Source: Candidatus Woesebacteria bacterium
GTDB taxonomy: Bacteria > Patescibacteriota > Microgenomatia > UBA12405
DNA: 64,000 nucleotides
Assembly: GCA_035402805.1 (NCBI GenBank)
Contig: DAONDY010000002.1
Span: 149,963 to 213,962, forward strand
Direction: 5' to 3'
The position numbers were made by a program, and so were the translations under genes. Below are positions 47,404-55,401 of this stretch, piece after piece (positions within the stretch are counted from its first letter, which is position 1; every line of letters begins with the position of its first letter). Under the pieces are notes generated by a model. That model saw only the letters and a list, made by a program, of their open reading frames with translations, was not told where the DNA came from and made no database searches.

Positions 47404-48324
47404 ATGAAAAAAATAAAGGTTTTACTTTTAATGGGTGGGGGAGGAACTGAACATGAAGTGTCGTTGTCTTCTGGAAGAGAAGTTTTTAAAAATATCGACT
47501 TGAATAAATATGAAGTAAAAACTTTGGTGGTGGAAAATAAACAAATAAATATTGAAGAAATTAAAAAAAATGATCCAGATGTAGTCTTTATTGTGATTCA
47601 TGGAAGTATTGGAGAAGATGGAACAATTCAAAAAATTTTGGAGGAAAATAAAATTAGATTTACTGGTTGCGGAAGCGAAGCTTCAGCCTTAGGAATGGAT
47701 AAAAGCAGATTTAAAGAATTAATGAAAAAAAGTGGATTACCAATTCCTGTGGGAATAGAAATAGTCAAAAATAAAAATATTGATTTGGAAGAAATAAAAA
47801 AAATAGCCAAGAAATTGGTAATTAAACCAGTAAGTCAGGGTTCGAGCGTAGGAATAAGTATAATTGATGATTTTAAAAAAATAAGTGAAGCAGTAAAAAT
47901 GGCTTTTAAATATGACGATAGAATTTTAATAGAAGAATTTATTGATGGAATAGAAGTTTCGTGTGGTGTTTTAGGTAACGAAACCCCCACATCTTTACCG
48001 GTGGTTGAGATTTGTCCAAAAAATATTTTTTTTGATTATGAAGCTAAATATACTGATGGAAAATGTGAAGAAATTGTTCCAGCTAGATTATCTAATGAAA
48101 TAACTAAAAAAATTCAAGAATATTCAATAAAGGTTTTTAAATTAATTAATGGCAGAGGTTTTGCTAGGGTTGATTTTATTATAAGAAATAACGAACCAGT
48201 AATTTTAGAGATAAACACAATTCCAGGGTTAACTCCAAATTCACTTTTACCAAAAGAGGCAAGAGCAGCTGGAATAAGTTATCCAGAATTGTTGGACAAG
48301 ATGATTGGACTGGCATTGAAATAA
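47404..48324 (+). CDS. ddl: D-alanine--D-alanine ligase
   Basis: GG...EHEVSL.SG, HG..GEDG, GSSVG, FDYEAKY, RVDF, LEINTIPG; TTGCAA-17-TATAAT promoter. Confidence 0.96.
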   Translation: MKKIKVLLLMGGGGTEHEVSLSSGREVFKNIDLNKYEVKTLVVENKQINIEEIKKNDPDVVFIVIHGSIGEDGTIQKILEENKIRFTGCGSEASALGMDKSRFKELMKKSGLPIPVGIEIVKNKNIDLEEIKKIAKKLVIKPVSQGSSVGISIIDDFKKISEAVKMAFKYDDRILIEEFIDGIEVSCGVLGNETPTSLPVVEICPKNIFFDYEAKYTDGKCEEIVPARLSNEITKKIQEYSIKVFKLINGRGFARVDFIIRNNEPVILEINTIPGLTPNSLLPKEARAAGISYPELLDKMIGLALK

Positions 48325-48514
48325 TAGGAATCTTTTTTAGGCTGATTTTTGAATAATTGCTATATTTTATTATTATTGATACAATCACTCGCAATATTTT
48401 TTAATATTGTTTTATATATTAGTATATAAAAATGCTGGCAATTAATTTGCGCTAGCAGGGATTTGTACTTTTATAATTTGTTTGTGATGATAAGTCAAGA
48501 AAGGGTGGTTTGAA

Positions 48515-48928
48515 ATGGCAAATTTTAGTAAAAGTGATATTGAAAGGATAATCCAAGAGGCAAATACGGTTGAGAAAGTAAAACAACTTTGCAGAAAATA
48601 TAGTATTTCCAGTGAGGTTGGAAAAGCAGCACTGAAGAGATGGGAAGAACTTTCTTTAGAAGCGGTGGAAGAAGCAACCACACCTGAGGAAGCAAGGATA
48701 GCTTGTCGTAATTCTCCTTATGGTAGTGAGGCTGAAAAAAAAGGAAAGAAAAAATGGGAAAAACTTTCCTTAAAAGAGGTGAGAAAAGCAAATACGCTTG
48801 AGAAGGTAGAGAAAGCTTGTCATAGTTGTCCCTATCTCAGCGAGGCTGAAAAAAAAGGACTGAAAAAATTGGAAAAATTTTACTTGAAAGAGACAAAAAA
48901 GCAACTACGGTTAAAAAAGCGGCATTAG
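48515..48928 (+). CDS. Hypothetical protein with three ~38-aa helical repeats (possible -1 frame extension to 48954)
   Basis: Repeats EANT/EATT/KANT...C...SE....W.ELSL; SD-like AAGGGTGG; downstream hairpin 48972-49026. Confidence 0.7.
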   Translation: MANFSKSDIERIIQEANTVEKVKQLCRKYSISSEVGKAALKRWEELSLEAVEEATTPEEARIACRNSPYGSEAEKKGKKKWEKLSLKEVRKANTLEKVEKACHSCPYLSEAEKKGLKKLEKFYLKETKKQLRLKKRH

Positions 48929-49034
48929 TCAAGATTCTATCCCTAATAGATTAAATAATCACAAAACAAACAAAAAGACTGCATAAAAATTGTGTATATT
49001 TTACACAGTAATTAGCAGTCTTTTTTATTTTTAT

Positions 49035-49787
49035 TTATAAGTTGACGATCTTTACTTTAACACAAGGGCCCATGGTGGCGCAGAGAGCCAATTTTCTGAT
49101 TTTATTAGCTTTGACAACTTTAATTAGTTCACTAATATTAGCAACAACTTCTTCGTCTTTTTGAGAAATTTTACCAACAACAACGTGAACAACAGGAGCT
49201 TTCTTTTCAGTTTTCAAAACAGTTTTTGCAGCTGAAAGTTTTTTAACTGAATCTTCTGGTTTGTCGGTTAAAGTACCATTCTTAGGATTTGGCATTAAAC
49301 CTTTTGGTCCTAAAATTTTAGCTAAAGGTAAAAGTTTGGGCATAGTAGCTGGAGTGGCAATCAAAATGTCAAAATTAATTTTGCCATCTTTAAGTTCAGC
49401 TAAGATAGTGTCATTTAAAATGACAACCTTTTTACTGGCAGTTTCTAAATGAGGGAAATTAATTTCACCAACATTACCGAGATCGAGAATAGTAACGTGA
49501 GCTTCAACTTTACCATCAAATTTAGATAAAGAAGTTTCTTTAACTAATTTAACAGCCTCATCGAGAGGGTAGTATTTATTAACATCGATTTTAGCTTTGG
49601 CAGCTAAATATTTTTTGGATCGCTTTTTAGCGACTTTAGTGGTGGCAGTAGTTTCTTCAACAGCAGTTTCTGCGGTTTCAGCAACAACTTCTTCGGCCTT
49701 TTGAGTATCGTCAGTTTTGACAATCTCTTCCACTTTGGTTTGTTCTTTGGCTTTTTTAGCCTTGTTTTCTTGAGTGGTTTTGCTCAT
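49035..49787 (-). CDS. rplA: 50S ribosomal protein L1 (acidic N-terminal extension)
   Basis: KRSKKY, KFDG.VE, FD..IATP..MP, LGPKGLMPNPKNGT, TMGP. Confidence 0.95.
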   Translation of the reverse strand: MSKTTQENKAKKAKEQTKVEEIVKTDDTQKAEEVVAETAETAVEETTATTKVAKKRSKKYLAAKAKIDVNKYYPLDEAVKLVKETSLSKFDGKVEAHVTILDLGNVGEINFPHLETASKKVVILNDTILAELKDGKINFDILIATPATMPKLLPLAKILGPKGLMPNPKNGTLTDKPEDSVKKLSAAKTVLKTEKKAPVVHVVVGKISQKDEEVVANISELIKVVKANKIRKLALCATMGPCVKVKIVNL

Positions 49788-49817
49788 TTGTTTTTATTTA
49801 ATAAATAATTAAGGAAT

Positions 49818-49852
49818 AAATCCCTCTAAATCTCCCTTTGACAAGGGAGACT
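49818..49852. repeat. Single REP-like half, family A, between rplK and rplA
   Basis: AAATCCCTCTAAATCTCCCTTTGACAAGGGAGA. Confidence 0.7.
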
Positions 49853-49854
49853 TT

Positions 49855-50277
49855 TTAGATAATCTCAACACCCATAGATTTGGCAGTGCCCATGACTGAT
49901 CTTTTGGCTGCTTCTAAATCTTTAGTGTTTAAATCGACAATTTTAGCTTTTGCAATTTGCTCGACTTGAGCCATGGTTAACTTACCGACTTTTTCTTTGC
50001 CAGTAGTGCCAGCGCCTTTAGCGATGCCACTTATTTTTTTGATCATATCAGAAACTGGAGGCTGTTTTAAAATGAATTCGAAAGAACGATCTTCAAAAAT
50101 AGTGATAACTGCAGGGATAATGGATCCACGCATTTCTTTAGTTCGGTCATTAAATTCATTACAGAAATCCATGATCTTGATACCTTGAGGACCAAGAGCA
50201 GTACCGACTGGAGGAGCTGGATTAGCGCTACCTGCCGGAATAGTTAATTTAACAATTGTTTTTATTTTTTTAGCCAT
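49855..50277 (-). CDS. rplK: 50S ribosomal protein L11
   Basis: AG.ANPAPPVG.ALG, FC.EFN, GTAKSMG. Confidence 0.98.
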   Translation of the reverse strand: MAKKIKTIVKLTIPAGSANPAPPVGTALGPQGIKIMDFCNEFNDRTKEMRGSIIPAVITIFEDRSFEFILKQPPVSDMIKKISGIAKGAGTTGKEKVGKLTMAQVEQIAKAKIVDLNTKDLEAAKRSVMGTAKSMGVEII

Positions 50278-50318
50278 TTTTTTAGTTTTAAAGTTATAAA
50301 GTTTATCAAGTTATAAAG

Positions 50319-50915
50319 TTAGAGTTCTTTAGAAACCTGTAAGAAGTCGAGTTCGACTGGAGTTTCTCGTTCGAAAATGGAAATCAAAACTCTAATTTTA
50401 CCTTTTTCTTGGTCAATAGATTCGATAGTACCAATAAAATCGGCAAATGGACCGTTGATAATTTTAACGACATCACCAATAGCAAAAGGAGTTTGAAATT
50501 TTGGTTTGTCTTCTTCTGTAGTTTGAAGAATTTGATCAACTTCCTTTTGGGAAATAGGGGATGGAGTGTTTTCAATACCAATGAAACCAGTGACTCCTTG
50601 AGTGGTACGAACAGTAACCCAAGCATCATCATCCATAACCATTTGAACTAAGACATAACCTGGAAAGGTTTTTTCTTGAGATTTAACTTTTTGACCACGA
50701 CGAATGATCATTTTACTTTGAATAGGAACGATGGCTTGGAAGATTTTATCTTCAATTCCCATAGTTTTGATTCTGGTTTTTAAAGCCTCAATAGCTTTGT
50801 ATTCATGACCGGAATAGGTATTAATGACATACCAAGCGGCATCGATACTAGGTTCAAAAGGAGAGAGTTTAAATAAAAACTCTTTTTTGTTAGTTTTTGT
50901 AGATGTTTTTGGCAT
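50319..50915 (-). CDS. nusG: Transcription termination/antitermination factor NusG
   Basis: WYVINTYSGHE, FPGYVLV.M, GVTGF.G, GPFADF.G, F.RETPVELDF.QV. Confidence 0.97.
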   Translation of the reverse strand: MPKTSTKTNKKEFLFKLSPFEPSIDAAWYVINTYSGHEYKAIEALKTRIKTMGIEDKIFQAIVPIQSKMIIRRGQKVKSQEKTFPGYVLVQMVMDDDAWVTVRTTQGVTGFIGIENTPSPISQKEVDQILQTTEEDKPKFQTPFAIGDVVKIINGPFADFIGTIESIDQEKGKIRVLISIFERETPVELDFLQVSKEL

Positions 50916-50917
50916 AA

Positions 50918-51196
50918 TTATTTTTTAATTGTTCCAGTGGTAGAAGCGACCGTTGGAAGAGGAATAATTGAAGGTTCGGCGGCTTGTTCAACAGTGGCCG
51001 GAGTCTGATTTTTAAAGTTACCAATTAGGGCGAAAGACTTGGTAAACAGATAATCAAAACCTCCCAAAATTAGGGAGATTACAATCGAGATTGATATTAC
51101 CACAATTGTAAGCTGAATTAAAGTATCTTTTTTAGGCCATGAGATGCTTTGAAAAACTTCTCGCACTTCTTTAAAGAATTTAATGATTTTTTGCAT
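50918..51196 (-). CDS. secE: Preprotein translocase subunit SecE
   Basis: FFKEV..V...SWP....T.VV...LGGFD; upstream of nusG. Confidence 0.9.
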   Translation of the reverse strand: MQKIIKFFKEVREVFQSISWPKKDTLIQLTIVVISISIVISLILGGFDYLFTKSFALIGNFKNQTPATVEQAAEPSIIPLPTVASTTGTIKK

Positions 51197-51210
51197 GAAA
51201 GTATTATAAC

Positions 51211-51704
51211 AAAACCCCTTTGTTTCGCTTCGCTCAACATCTCCCCTTGATAAAGGGGAGAAACATAATAAGATTAAAATGTGAAATATATTACTGATAT
51301 TAAAGCTAAAACTAATAAATTAAACATAAGATATTTAGAATCTTTAAAAAAGGTGGCAAGGAATAATAGAAGTAAGCCAACTCAAGCAGAATTTATAATG
51401 TGGCAACATTTAAGAAAAAATAAATTTGGTTGTAAATTTACGAGACAAAAACCGATTAATAGATTTGTTTTGGATTTTTATTGTTCTAAATTATTGTTAT
51501 GTATAGAAATAGATGGAGAATCTCATTTAAATAGACAAAATTATGATCTAGAAAGAGATAAATTCTTAGAAAATTGTTTAGGTATTAAAACAATTAGATT
51601 TAGTAATGATGAGGTTTTGAATGATTTTTTGAAAGTAAAAGAAAAACTTCTCCCCTTTATCAAGGGGAGATGTCACAAAATGAAATGAGTGACAGAAGGG
51701 TTTT
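51211..51704 (+). mobile_element. Candidate mobile unit: DUF559 gene flanked by inverted family A repeats
   Basis: Exact 26-bp inverted repeat TTCTCCCCTTTATCAAGGGGAGATGT (51237-51262 / 51648-51673); termini AAAACCC...GGGTTTT. Confidence 0.7.
51281..51688 (+). CDS. DUF559 (Vsr-like PD-(D/E)xK) endonuclease
   Basis: R..R...T.AE..MW..LR, KF.RQ.PI..F.LDFYC, IEIDG..H, D..RD..L...G...IRF.N.EV. Confidence 0.92.
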   Translation: MKYITDIKAKTNKLNIRYLESLKKVARNNRSKPTQAEFIMWQHLRKNKFGCKFTRQKPINRFVLDFYCSKLLLCIEIDGESHLNRQNYDLERDKFLENCLGIKTIRFSNDEVLNDFLKVKEKLLPFIKGRCHKMK

Positions 51705-51753
51705 AAACACCGCGGAATTGTTGCAAAATTCAATTTTGATACATTTTAGTCTA

Positions 51754-51808
51754 TTGACTCGTACTAGTGGTGGTGGATATGATGATTAACATACACTATA
51801 AATAGTGT
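51754..51808 (+). promoter_or_regulatory. nrdR-nrdJ promoter with NrdR box(es)
   Basis: TTGACT (51754) / TATGAT (51778). The palindrome ACACTATAAATAGTGT (51793-51808) matches the NrdR box, with a degenerate second box 32 bp upstream. Confidence 0.8.
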
Positions 51809-51835
51809 TTTATTAATTATAATAAAAATTACAAA

Positions 51836-52336
51836 ATGCTGTGTCCATATTGTGGTTTTGATGAATCAAATGTTTTGGAAAGTCGTGAGGCAGAAGATGG
51901 AAAAGTGACGAGAAGACGAAGGGAATGTTTAAAGTGCAAAAAGAGATTTACAACTTATGAAAGAATCGGGAGCGTGGAGCTAAAAGTTATTAAAAAATCA
52001 GGGAGAGTTGAAGATTATTCTCGAGAAAAATTAGAAAAATGTATAGATAAGGCTTGTTGGAAACTGACGGATGAGGAAAAAAATAAATTAATTGATGAAA
52101 TTGAAATGAAACTTTTAAACTGGCCAAGTGTGGAAATTCCCTCGAAAGAAATTGGAATGATGGTGTTAGAAAAATTAAAAAATATTGATCCTATGGCATA
52201 TATTAGGTTTGCTACTGTTTATTTGGATATAAATGAAATAAATGACTTTAAGGATTTATTAGTTAGTTTTGAAAAATTTCGGCCAAAGGCCGATCAGCCT
52301 ATGGCTGAAATTAGCAGTTTTAAAAATAAAAAATGA
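51836..52336 (+). CDS. nrdR: Transcriptional repressor NrdR
   Basis: M.CPYC...S.V.ESR...RRRREC..C..RFTTYER; ATP cone; AYIRFA.VY. Confidence 0.97.
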   Translation: MLCPYCGFDESNVLESREAEDGKVTRRRRECLKCKKRFTTYERIGSVELKVIKKSGRVEDYSREKLEKCIDKACWKLTDEEKNKLIDEIEMKLLNWPSVEIPSKEIGMMVLEKLKNIDPMAYIRFATVYLDINEINDFKDLLVSFEKFRPKADQPMAEISSFKNKK

Positions 52337-54801
52337 CAGATATAAGCAGGCAAAACATAAATGAAAATGAATTATTAGAACCAAGTCTTTCACTTAATGC
52401 TAAATATATTGCCGAAACTAGGTATTCTAGAAAAGATGAAGATGGAAAATCTATAGAAACAGTTAAAGATATTTTTTGGCGTGTAGCAAGTAATGTGGCC
52501 AAAGGAGATGCAGTTTTTGGAGCTAATGAAGAACAGATTGATAGACAGGCCAAGTCTTTTTACCAATTAATGGCAGAACAAAAATTTCTACCAAATACTC
52601 CGTGTTTGGTTAATGCAGGAAAGACCCATCAGCAATTATCGGCTTGTTTTGTACTGCCAATAGATGATTCGATGGAATCAATTTTGGAAACCATGTCAAA
52701 TATGGCTTTGATTCATAAAAGTGGCGGTGGAACTGGTTTTTCATTTTCAAGACTTAGACCAAGCGGGGATTATATTAAAAGTAGCGGTGGAACAACTGTT
52801 GGCCCGGTAAGTTTTATGCAGGCCTACAACGATGTAACGGCTCAAATTAAACAAGGTGGAGTACGACGGGGAGCTAATATGGGAATGTTGTCAATTGATC
52901 ATCCAGATGTACTTCGATTTGCAGTGGCAAAGCTTGATGAATGGAGTTTGACTAACTTTAATATATCGTTGGCAGTGACTAATTCTTTTATGGAAAGAAT
53001 TGAAATCGATAAAAAATTTGCAGATGACGATTCTATTCCTGAAGAAGCGGTTGAAGAAATTAGAATTGCCGAGCAAAACAGAAGTGCCGACGAAAGATTA
53101 AGAGAGGTAGAGGCTGGAATTAAAAAAGTCTATGATTGGGCTAAAGCCACTAAAGAAGGTGAGGGTTATGATCTAATTAACCCAAGGACAGGTCAGTCGA
53201 CAATGAAATTAAATGCTTATAAAGTATTTAATTTGATTACCAGATTAGCTTGGCAATTTGGTGATCCGGGATTGGTTTTTATTGACAGAATGAATGAATC
53301 TAGTTCAAATCCAATACCGAGCGTAGGAAAAATTGAAGCAACTAATCCTTGTGGAGAACAGCCGCTTTTGCCTTACGATGCTTGTAATTTAGGAAGTGTT
53401 AATTTAAGTAAATTTGTCGAAGGATCGGACATAAATTGGAATGGATTGAAGGAAACAATTAAAATAGGGGTTCACTTTTTGGATAATGTGGTAGAAATTA
53501 ATGATTTTCCGGTTCAAAAAATTAAAGAAATGGTAAATAGCACTCGAAGAATTGGAGTGGGAGTGATGGGTTTTGCTGATGCTCTTTTTAAATTGGGAAT
53601 TAAATATGATTCAGAAGAAGGAATTGCTTGGGCTGAGAAAATAATGAAATTTGTAACCGAATCAGCTAAAGAGGCAACCCAAGAATTAGGAGTAACCCGA
53701 GGAGCTTTCCCATTATGGGAAAAGAGTGTTTATTTCAACACTGGTTATAGACCAAGGAATATGGCTTTAACTACCATTGCTCCAACTGGAACCATCAGCA
53801 TGTTGGCTGATACTAGTTCAGGAATCGAGCCAGTGTTTTCTTTGGGTTATCAAAAAAATACGGTTGAAGGTAAAACATTGTATATAGTCAGTCCAATTTT
53901 GGTTGAAGAGCTTAAAAAGAGAAATATTTACAGTGAAGAATTAATTGAAAAGATTGTTAAAAATGGGGGAATTTTGAAAGGAATAGAGGAAATACCAGAA
54001 GACTTAAAATCATTATTTATCACCGCTTTGGAAATTGATCCGGAATGGCATATTAGGGTTCAAGCAGCTTTCCAAAAATATACCGACAATGCGGTGTCTA
54101 AAACAATTAATTTACCAGAAGAAGCCACAGTTGATGATGTACGAAAAGCTTATTTAAAATCTTATTCATTAGGAACAAAAGGAATTACTATTTACAGGAG
54201 CGGTTCAAGATCTTTTGAGCCAATGCAAAAAGTTAAAGCTAAAGAAGGAAAAGTTGAAGAAAAAATAATTAATGTTCAACCCAAGAAAAAAGCCACTCCA
54301 ATAATGGCCAGAGGGGTTAGATTAAAGAAAAAATGTGATTTGGGAAGTGTTTATACTTCTATTTTTTATGAAGCCGGTGATGGTCCAGTGGAAGTCTTTG
54401 TTAATTTAGGTAAAAGTGGTGGTTTTATGTCAGGAGCGGCTGAAGCGACCGGTAGACTAGCCTCTTTAGCCTTAAAATATGGGGCTAGTTTAGATGAAAT
54501 TGCAGATGAAATGGTGGGAATAGCCTGCGGCCAAAAAGTGGGTTTAGGATCGGGGACAGTTCTAAGTATGTTTGACGCAGTTGGTAAATCACTTTTAGAA
54601 GTATCAAGAGGTGAACAATTAGATATTTTTGCTTGCGAAAAAGGTTCTATTGATACGAAAGCAATTGAAAGTATTAGAGTCAAACAAGCCGATTTGGAAA
54701 GCAAGGCTATTTCTTGTCCAGATTGCGGTAGTCCTTTAAGAGCTGAAGAAGGATGTTTTAAATGTACTAATGAATTTTGTGGTTATAGTAAATGTTCATA
54801 A
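52333..54801 (+). CDS. nrdJ: Adenosylcobalamin-dependent (class II) ribonucleotide reductase
   Basis: FLPNTP.L.NAG, LSACFV, GGVRRGANMG, TNPCGEQPL..Y.ACNLGS, TIAPTGTIS, TSCPD-like domain and C-terminal EEGC..C...CGYSKC. Confidence 0.95.
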   Translation: MTDISRQNINENELLEPSLSLNAKYIAETRYSRKDEDGKSIETVKDIFWRVASNVAKGDAVFGANEEQIDRQAKSFYQLMAEQKFLPNTPCLVNAGKTHQQLSACFVLPIDDSMESILETMSNMALIHKSGGGTGFSFSRLRPSGDYIKSSGGTTVGPVSFMQAYNDVTAQIKQGGVRRGANMGMLSIDHPDVLRFAVAKLDEWSLTNFNISLAVTNSFMERIEIDKKFADDDSIPEEAVEEIRIAEQNRSADERLREVEAGIKKVYDWAKATKEGEGYDLINPRTGQSTMKLNAYKVFNLITRLAWQFGDPGLVFIDRMNESSSNPIPSVGKIEATNPCGEQPLLPYDACNLGSVNLSKFVEGSDINWNGLKETIKIGVHFLDNVVEINDFPVQKIKEMVNSTRRIGVGVMGFADALFKLGIKYDSEEGIAWAEKIMKFVTESAKEATQELGVTRGAFPLWEKSVYFNTGYRPRNMALTTIAPTGTISMLADTSSGIEPVFSLGYQKNTVEGKTLYIVSPILVEELKKRNIYSEELIEKIVKNGGILKGIEEIPEDLKSLFITALEIDPEWHIRVQAAFQKYTDNAVSKTINLPEEATVDDVRKAYLKSYSLGTKGITIYRSGSRSFEPMQKVKAKEGKVEEKIINVQPKKKATPIMARGVRLKKKCDLGSVYTSIFYEAGDGPVEVFVNLGKSGGFMSGAAEATGRLASLALKYGASLDEIADEMVGIACGQKVGLGSGTVLSMFDAVGKSLLEVSRGEQLDIFACEKGSIDTKAIESIRVKQADLESKAISCPDCGSPLRAEEGCFKCTNEFCGYSKCS

Positions 54802-54807
54802 ATAAAT

Positions 54808-55305
54808 ATGAGTGAAGAAAGTGACAGAGGAAGAACACAAGGAGAATGTCTTCTTGATGTTAGTAAAAATTCGCCTTTTGTTGAGGCAGTTGGTTCGATT
54901 GATAGATTTCAAGCCAGTCTAGGATTAGCTAAGGTAAAAATGACAAACACTGACGAAAAAAAGAGATTTTCTCAAATGGAGAAAGATTTATATGAAATTA
55001 TGGGTAGTCTATACATGGGTCAAAGTTGGGCTAATGGGGATAAAAAAATAGAGCAAATAGACAAAGAGATTGAATCGACAAAAAAAAGGATTAGTAACCT
55101 TGAGGGATTTTTGATTCCAGGCGAAAATGAAATTGAAGCTAGAATAAATTTATGTAGAACGGATTGCCGAGAAGCAGAAAGACGATTAGTTAGTTTAAAA
55201 ATTGATAGGGAAGAAAAAGAAAACCTGAAATTTGATCTAAATGTACTTAAATATTTTAACCGATTATCATCCTTATTAAATTTAATGTGGAGGTCGAAAT
55301 TTTAG
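54808..55305 (+). CDS. pduO: PduO-type ATP:cob(I)alamin adenosyltransferase
   Basis: D.G.T....VSK.S..VEA.G.ID...A.LG, F.IPG, RT.CR.AER, Y.NRLS; directly after nrdJ. Confidence 0.82.
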   Translation: MSEESDRGRTQGECLLDVSKNSPFVEAVGSIDRFQASLGLAKVKMTNTDEKKRFSQMEKDLYEIMGSLYMGQSWANGDKKIEQIDKEIESTKKRISNLEGFLIPGENEIEARINLCRTDCREAERRLVSLKIDREEKENLKFDLNVLKYFNRLSSLLNLMWRSKF

Positions 55306-55320
55306 TGATAGAATAGATTT

Positions 55321-55398
55321 ATCAAGAGGGAATCAGGTTAAAATCCTGAGCTGTGCCGCAACCGTATAGCCGGATAACTAAAACTTTCGAGCAAGAGT
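55321..55398 (+). ncRNA. Compact cobalamin riboswitch
   Basis: AAGAGGGAA-TCAGG-TTAAAAT-CCTGA-GCTGTGCCGC-AACCGTATAGCCGG-ATAAC, followed by P13-like ACTTT-CGAGCA-AGAGT 3 nt before ATG 55402. Confidence 0.8.
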
Positions 55399-55401
55399 AA
55401 T

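Noticed and set aside
52333-54801. Intein or intron in nrdJ
   Set aside because: No C...HN splice motifs or LAGLIDADG blocks; the ORF is continuous and of normal length.
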